In this document: positions 18,175 to 20,711 of the stretch, in pieces | How positions within the stretch are numbered: position 1 is the stretch's first letter | How the letters are laid out: each line of letters opens with the position of its first letter | DNA from: Octopus sinensis | Taxonomy: Eukaryota | DNA: 20,711 nucleotides | Direction: 5' to 3' | NCBI RefSeq assembly: GCF_006345805.1 | Contig: NW_021824541.1 | Span: forward strand, 1 to 20,711 | Notes under the pieces: generated by a model | The model's database searches: none | What the model saw: the letters and a program-made list of their open reading frames with translations, nothing else | What the model was told of the DNA's origin: nothing | Position numbers and translations under genes: made by a program

Positions 18175-18352
18175 CGTTTGTGTTTGTCCCGTACTACCGC
18201 TCGTGTTGGTGTATTTATATCCCCATAACGTAGCTGTTTGGCAAACGAGACCGATAGAATAAGTTTCATGTTTAAAAAGAAAAAGCTGATTCATTCTTGC
18301 GAGCGGTGCCCCAGCATGGCCGTAGTCTAATGACTGGAACAAGAAAAAGATG
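18175..18352 (+). mobile_element. SINE module C, diverged
   Basis: ...ggcaaacgagaccgatagaataag...gcggtgccccagcatggccgtagtctaatgactggaacaag. Confidence 0.8.
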
Positions 18353-18366
18353 AAAAATAAGAGATA

Positions 18367-18755
18367 CAGGCATAGCAATGTAGGAAAAAGTTTTTTTTCC
18401 CCCAAATACACGGTTTCTAGTTCAGTTCCACTAGATGGTACTTTGGGCAAGAATCGCTTACTTTAACACTGAGCCGAGCAAAGATGGAAACTGAAAGAAG
18501 CCCTTCCTATAGACATATGTGCGTGTGTATGTATGTATGTTTGTGTGTGTGTGTGTGTGTGTGTCCACCAACGCTTGATCACCGGTGTTGATGTGTTTAC
18601 ATCTACGTCACCTAGCGGTTCAGCAATAGTTTCCGATAGAGTAAAGAGTAGTATTAATAAAAAATGAAAAGAAATGTTGGAATCGGTTCGTTCGACTAAA
18701 ACCCTTCTTGGGGGTACCCCAGCATGGCCGTAGTCCAAGGACTGAAACATGTAAA
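18367..18755 (+). mobile_element. Diverged composite SINE: module B (to about 18508), internal TA/TG microsatellite, module C (about 18560-18755)
   Basis: ...gttcagttccactagatggtactttgggcaag...ggaaactgaaagaagccc | (TG)n | ...cgcttgatcaccggtgttgatgtgtttac...agcggttcagc...ccgatag...ttcgactaaa...ccccagcatggccgtagtccaaggactgaaac. Confidence 0.75.
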
Positions 18756-18976
18756 ATATTAAGAGGAAAATACATTAGTATTGGCCCAGCTACTACAGGG
18801 GTCATAAAAAATCCGTTTAATATTCTTAATTCAAGTCAGTATTATTATATTTACAGAGAGCTTAAGAAATAAGCTAACTAGGAGAGTAATTATTCCATGT
18901 AATTTTATGCATTTGAGTGAGTATTAGCCTATTCTAATATAGGGTTAACAAAAATAGCTGTAATAGTATATATTCA

Positions 18977-19194
18977 AAGGCGGCGAACTGGCAGACACGT
19001 TAGCACGCCGGGCGAAATGCTCACCTGTATTCCGTCTGTCTTTACGTTCTGAATTCAAATTCCGCCGAGGTCGACTTTGCCTACATCCTTTCGGGGTGGA
19101 TAAATTAAGTACCAGTCGCGTACTGGGGTTGATCTAGTCGACTGACCCCCTTCCCAACAAATTTCGTGTCTTGTGCCTAGAGTAGAAAAGAATA
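18977..19194 (+). mobile_element. SINE family A, full length, tail type B
   Basis: aaggcggcgaactggcagacacgttagcacgccgggcgaaatgc...gtcttgtgcctagagtagaaaagaata. Confidence 0.93.
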
Positions 19195-19207
19195 CTGACA
19201 GAAGTTT

Positions 19208-19432
19208 AAGGCGGTGAGCTGGCAGAATCGTTAGCACAGCGGGCGAAATGCTTGGCGATATTTCGTCTGCCGTTACGTTCTGAGTTCTAATTCCGCCGAG
19301 GTCGACTTTGCCTTTCATCCTTTCGGAGTCGATTAAATAAGTACCAGTTACGCACTGGGGTCGATATGATCGACTAAATCCGTTTGTCTCTCCCCTCTGT
19401 GTGTAGCCCCTTGTGGACAGTAAAGAAATAAG
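19208..19432 (+). mobile_element. SINE family A, full length, tail type A
   Basis: aaggcggtgagctggcagaatcgttagcac...ccccttgtggacagtaaagaaataag. Confidence 0.93.
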
Positions 19433-19433
19433 T

Positions 19434-19603
19434 ACTTCGTCTGTCTTTACGTTTTGAGTTCAAATTCCGCCGAGGTCGACTTTGCCTTTCATACTTTCGG
19501 GGTCGATAAATTAAGTACCAGTCGCGTACTGGGATTGATCTAATCGACTGACCCCTCACCCCGCCACAAATTTCGGGCCTTGTGCCTAGAGTAGAAAAGA
19601 ATA
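19434..19603 (+). mobile_element. SINE family A, 5'-truncated, tail type B
   Basis: ttcgtctgtctttacgttttgagttcaaattccgccgagg...gggccttgtgcctagagtagaaaagaata; very similar to the body of 18977-19194. Confidence 0.92.
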
Positions 19604-19689
19604 GTATATATATACAGTGGGTATTCACATATTTGATATAGGGGAGTATAATGGCGCAAAACTAGAAGTAGATTATTGGTATTCTTCTT

Positions 19690-20036
19690 TTGCACCATGT
19701 TCAGAATTTAGCATATAAGCGACCATGTTCTGCTAGAATTCTCAGTTCCTGTTCTCTGCAGCAGTTCCACTTTCTGGTGTTTATGCCTTTTCTTACAACC
19801 AGTTCGTTAAGTTTGAGATCAATATCATCCGTCCCCTTCTCTACTTCTTTACCTTTGAATCTTTCTAGGCATCGCTAAATTCTACTGGCTCTCTTTCCTC
19901 GTCATATGACCAAAAATTCTCGATTGCTTGGTCCTGTTCTCCCAAAGCAGTTCCCTATTCATCGCAGCCCGGGTCATCACTTCTTCATTAGACACTTTGC
20001 CTAGCCATGTTATCCTATCTTCAATATTCTCTTTAA
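19690..20036 (-). mobile_element. Degenerate RTE-clade LINE, 3' end
   Basis: Minus translation RILKI./.WLGKVSNEEVMTRAAMNRELL....KQSRIFGHMTRKES..NLAMPRKI..KRSR.GR.....NM(V)AYMLNSEHG matches the RTE motif RMLRISW..KV.NEEVL.R....R.LL..I..RQL.F.GH..R. Confidence 0.8.
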
Positions 20037-20065
20037 GAATCAAATTATGTGATAAATTTATCTAT

Positions 20066-20121
<56 letters not shown>

Positions 20122-20136
20122 ACACACACACACACT
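20066..20136. repeat. (CA)n microsatellite
   Basis: Directly visible. Confidence 0.97.
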
Positions 20137-20475
20137 TAATTTTTTCAATTATCTGTTCACACACGACAGACACCCTGGAAACCTGGAAGTACGTATAAAA
20201 CTACTAGTGAATAGCCCAGGATAAATTTGTAGGCGGACGAGCTTTATAATCTTCCATACATACATACATTCATACATCCATACATGTGTGTGTGTGTGGT
20301 GTGTGTGTATACGAATGGTTTTGTTAAGCAATGTTGAGTTTTACAATCCTGTAAGTAATAATAATAATGGTATATATCCTATAAGCTTAAAGCTTATGCG
20401 ATCACTGTGCAATGACTAAGGAAAATAGTCTAATAAAGGGGCCTATAAGCCCTCGACAAAAAAAAAAGGTTTTCT

Positions 20476-20502
20476 CGTAAGTGCGGGACTCGAACCCACA
20501 TC
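20476..20502 (-). mobile_element. tRNA T-arm (B-box) remnant, probably the broken head of another tRNA-derived SINE
   Basis: Minus strand gtgGGTTCGAGTCCcgcac is a perfect B box, but the upstream sequence is replaced by (TA)n, so no cloverleaf can be built. Confidence 0.45.
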
Positions 20503-20674
20503 ATATATATATATTATATATATTATCTATATATATATATATATTATATATATATATATTATATATATATATTCATTCTGCTTTATCACAACCCTCTGAC
20601 TAACAGTTACATGAAACTCTGAGTAACAGTTTGTTTGAAGTATTTTTTTGCATTTATAAAACAGTAATTATAAA

Positions 20675-20711
<37 letters not shown>
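20503..20711. repeat. (TA)n (20503-20572) and terminal (TG)n (20678-20711)
   Basis: Directly visible. Confidence 0.95.

Noticed and set aside
9646-19603. All seven SINE-A copies in this interval lie on the plus strand (possible intronic strand bias)
   Set aside because: Five belong to two tandem clusters, so there are too few independent events to claim bias.
20476-20502. Functional tRNA gene
   Set aside because: Only the B box and T arm are present; the D arm, anticodon arm and acceptor stem are absent.
20594-20630. ctgacta...gaaac...gta hammerhead-like order
   Set aside because: The core is CUGACUA rather than CUGANGA and helices I and II do not form; it is a short direct repeat (ctga.taacag).

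Overview
Eukaryotic, very AT-rich, microsatellite-saturated non-coding DNA (intronic or intergenic). The repeat families look like those of an Octopus (coleoid cephalopod) genome; this is inferred from recognising the repeats, not from a search. I find no supportable host-gene exon, intact tRNA or rRNA, or CRISPR. Every ORF in the supplied track is a microsatellite read-through or part of a decayed transposon. By manual translation the window holds fragments of several LINE clades: three RTE/BovB-type, one CR1-type, one L1/Tx1-type, one R4/Dong-type with a restriction-like endonuclease, and a doubtful RT remnant. It also holds a decayed mariner transposase with one TIR, about 20 copies or pieces of tRNA-derived SINE modules, two copies of an unclassified ~530-bp (ATT)n-flanked element, and a degenerate Penelope-type minimal hammerhead ribozyme. 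Best leads: (1) two apparent LINE plus non-autonomous-partner systems using opposite strands of the same TAA/TTA microsatellite, including a SINE 3' tail matching the 3' end of the Tx1-type LINE; (2) a BovB-like insertion with an inverted 5' segment; (3) the hammerhead motif; (4) long foldback hairpins and a 34-bp inverted repeat next to a structured GC-rich block. Coordinates are hand-counted; edges of degenerate repeats may be off by about 10 nt.
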